A stretch of DNA of 64,000 nt, taken from Octopus sinensis (taxonomy: Eukaryota). Shown one piece after another: positions 61,090 through 64,000 of the stretch (its first letter is position 1; each line of letters starts with the position of its first letter). Under the pieces are notes generated by a model. It saw only the letters and a list, made by a program, of their open reading frames with translations. It did no database searches and was not told where the DNA came from. The position numbers were made by a program, and so were the translations under genes. The stretch lies in NCBI RefSeq assembly GCF_006345805.1, contig NC_043003.1, forward strand, positions 71,982,001 through 72,046,000, in the 5' to 3' direction.

Positions 61090-62060
61090 GTATTTATTTT
61101 ATGATGAGTTAGGTCAAAAGATAACAACGGTTGCATCACACCCTCTATATCCGGCTTCGATTAGAAAATGCTCCACTTTCCAGCATGCGTTTTCACATTC
61201 CTCGAGAAGGTTTACAGGTGACTTTCTGTTTGCTGATGATTGTGCACTGATTTCTGATACATTTGAGGGAATTCAAGAAACTGTAGGTTTGCTGCAGCAG
61301 CTCATGCATGTCAACTGACTATTAGCATCAAGAAGACTGAAGTTTTATCACAACCAAAGCCTGTGGCAGAGCATACTCATACTGATGATAGACGACAATC
61401 CATGTAAATGAGTCAGGTCATTTAAATATCTTAGAAGTACAATGAATTTGAAGAATACTCTTGATGACGAAATCAATGTTAGAATATCTAGGATACAAAT
61501 GCTTTTGGAAAACTTTTCCATCATTCATGGGATGAATACGAAAATGTTAGTTTGAAATCTAAAATAAGTGTGTACAAATCTCGTATTTTTGAACATACAT
61601 AAGGTAGAAGCAGGACTCCCTACTACAGACATATAAGGGAACTTGAAACTTTTCACATGTGCTGTCTGCTCAATATCTGCAACATAAAAGGGCAAGTTAA
61701 GATATTAAATGTCAAAATCTTAGAAAAATGTGAGAATTCGGTGCAGATGAGTAGGACACGTTCGAATGAAAGATGCTCACATTCCAAAAATTCTTTTGTA
61801 TAGCCAACAAGTGGAGGGATATCAAAGTAAAGGAAGACTTGTCCTTAGCTATAAGGATAAGTTGAAGGAGTCACTAAGATCTCTACAGGCTAGCTTGATA
61901 TATTGGGAAAGATATTGTCTAGATCGATCTGAATGATGCATAAAAAAAATTTGAGTTAAAGAAAAAGAACAATAAAAGAATTATATCCTGCAATTAACAG
62001 GCACATTTGCCCAATCCCAAGCAAAATCGAAATCATCAGTGTCTCCAGTGCGACTTCATA
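61090..62060 (+). mobile_element. RTE-clade LINE RT 3' fragment, decayed
   Basis: DFLFADDCAL, LTISIKKTEVLSQP, FKYLRST, LDDEINVRIS, ELETFHMCCL, YKDKLKESL. Confidence 0.85.
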
Positions 62061-62534
62061 GCAAACTCCATACTCTGGGACTCAAATTACATTCATGCAT
62101 CCATTTCAAATAGATGCAGCTTCTTTTATTCTTTTCTTTTTTAAAATTAGTTTTCTTTTTCCCAATTAAAAAAAAAAATTATATTCAAATCCTCTCCTTT
62201 AAACACTCATACGTCGAAATCGAGCGACCATCATAAGCACAAAGCCTGAAGGAATTAGTTGATCACATTGAGCCAGTTTCAAGGGGTACCTATTTTATTG
62301 ACCCCGAAGGGAGGAGAGTGGTGGTTACTTGAAGTGCTTTTGGTAACTGAAATGTCCAGGATGTATGGGGTTCTACGATCGCTCCTGGGTGGAGCTCGAT
62401 TCTTTGGAGGCATTTTTATTGTTAACTGTGAGTGTTTCTTTTTACTCTTTGCTCATGCTATATGAAAACCGACACTATTTTATGTGTTGCATCGTCATTT
62501 TATTTTGTATGCGATCCCTTTGGCCAATAAAGAT

Positions 62535-62577
<43 letters not shown>

Positions 62578-62990
62578 ACATCATTATCATCATTATTATT
62601 GAGTGAGAGAGCAGTGCAAGCCATCAAAGTGACACTGGGGTAAAATATACGATGTCCAGTACAGCCATCATGACTACCCGTCTAATAAGGGAACACCACG
62701 CATACGTGCGTGACTGGATGATCTCATATCAAGATAAACAGCGTATGACCTTGCAAGTGGGGTCCAGTTAGAATTTTGTTCCGGTCGAGTAGCTGATCTC
62801 GCTCTAATGGTCCCTGAATGAGGGTTGTTCTATGATGTTGAACGAAACACCCATGTTGCCAAAGGTGAATTATCCAAACCCCAAAGAATTCCTCTCAGCC
62901 CATGGCTATGATATTCCCTCACTACTTCTGCTCGTTATCAGAGATGCACATATCATCAGCCACTAAGGAACATCCTTAACTGGCTTCCTG
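62535..62990 (-). repeat. Probable interspersed retroposon with (GAT)n tail, unclassified
   Basis: GC-richer block abutting an (ATC)n tract. Recognised only from memory of similar repeats; no second copy in this window. Confidence 0.35.
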
Positions 62991-63117
62991 TTCTCTATCT
63001 CATAAAATCCCATAGGATCTTTGCATTTCTATTTTCGACGATGCCTCCAGATTTGTAGTCGTACCAATTTTTTGCTCTGTCAAGCCCATACTTGTTGCAA
63101 AATGTCCAATGGAGGAC

Positions 63118-63158
<41 letters not shown>

Positions 63159-64000
63159 TTTAAAATTATCATCATCATCATTATTAGTGTTACACAATAT
63201 GAAGAGTGTGATACAATTTTTAGTAGAGAGTTTGACCCTATTTATTGAATTAAGCAATATTACAGTGATATATCTCTCTTCCTCGGATTCAAAACAAAAA
63301 ATACGCAGATATACAGAAATTCAAAATTTGAGCTGGAATATTATGCATTCCTCTTTAGACAAGACGGCGTCATCAATTTTCGCTTTTTCCATATCTGGTA
63401 ACAAGAAAAACGAAATGTAGAAGAAATAAGAAAATAAAGAAAGAACGAAATAGAACACTTAGTCAAAATCTTTGTGTAATGTGACGGAATTCTGTCATTT
63501 TGTTCATTCCTCACTCCAGGGCGTGCCGTTTGTAATTCCCAAATATATTTATCCTTATGTGTTTTGAGGACTAAAAGTGCAGTGGAGTCAGAATATTTTC
63601 TAAGAATGTGTACTTTCGCGTGTTCCTCGAATTCGCAGTTGTAAAATGTCCGGCAAGTTCCGCCGAAAAATTGTTATCGTTCCTGACCTCATACCTATGC
63701 CCATTGAATCTTTAATTTAATTTTTCTGCTGTGCATCCAACAGAAAATCAAGTTGTCTTTGGCTTATTCCGTTGCGTACACAAAATGGAAATCTTTACAG
63801 ATCTCACCTTCTATATATAAGTCATAACATCCCTGTTATAATTTGATATAGCAAACCCTGTTCATTGTGTAACATATGAGTCAAGTCCACTATAAAAGAA
63901 ACCATCACATGTATAACAGAAATGTGATTTATAAAAAAAGGTAGGACCTGTGAGGATTTTCATTTCGTGTACGGAGCAGAATGCACTAAACGCAATTTAT

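Noticed and set aside
63480-64000. Unique-looking sequence at the window end, possible host exon
   Set aside because: All frames are interrupted by stops within short distances. Nothing recognisable.

Overview
AT-rich eukaryotic DNA made almost entirely of repeats and microsatellites. The SINE families match my recollection of octopus/cephalopod repeats (inference; no search was run). I found no host protein-coding gene. The long ORFs are either microsatellite artefacts or transposase/reverse-transcriptase relics. Mobile elements present: a hAT (Buster/Charlie) relic and a related MITE, a full-length-size DD34D mariner nested in a CR1-group LINE, two Tc1/maT-like fragments, an RLE-type (R4/Dong-like) LINE, Tx1/L1 and RTE fragments, a Helitron fragment, several Penelope-like elements (PLEs) and many modular tRNA-derived SINEs. 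The most striking signal is a dense set of hammerhead-ribozyme (HHR) motifs: about 14 recognisable copies of several architectures and core variants, read by hand from base-pairing and not tested for activity. Two adjacent, oppositely oriented, ORF-less tandem arrays (366-bp unit at 26854-27670 and ~532-bp unit at 28196-29156) carry one type I HHR per unit. That is the layout expected of retrozymes or tandem PLE pseudo-LTRs able to release unit-length, possibly circular, RNAs. Two long fold-back palindromes (53641-53899, 56819-57154) are also present, and the second folds inside an HHR stem II.
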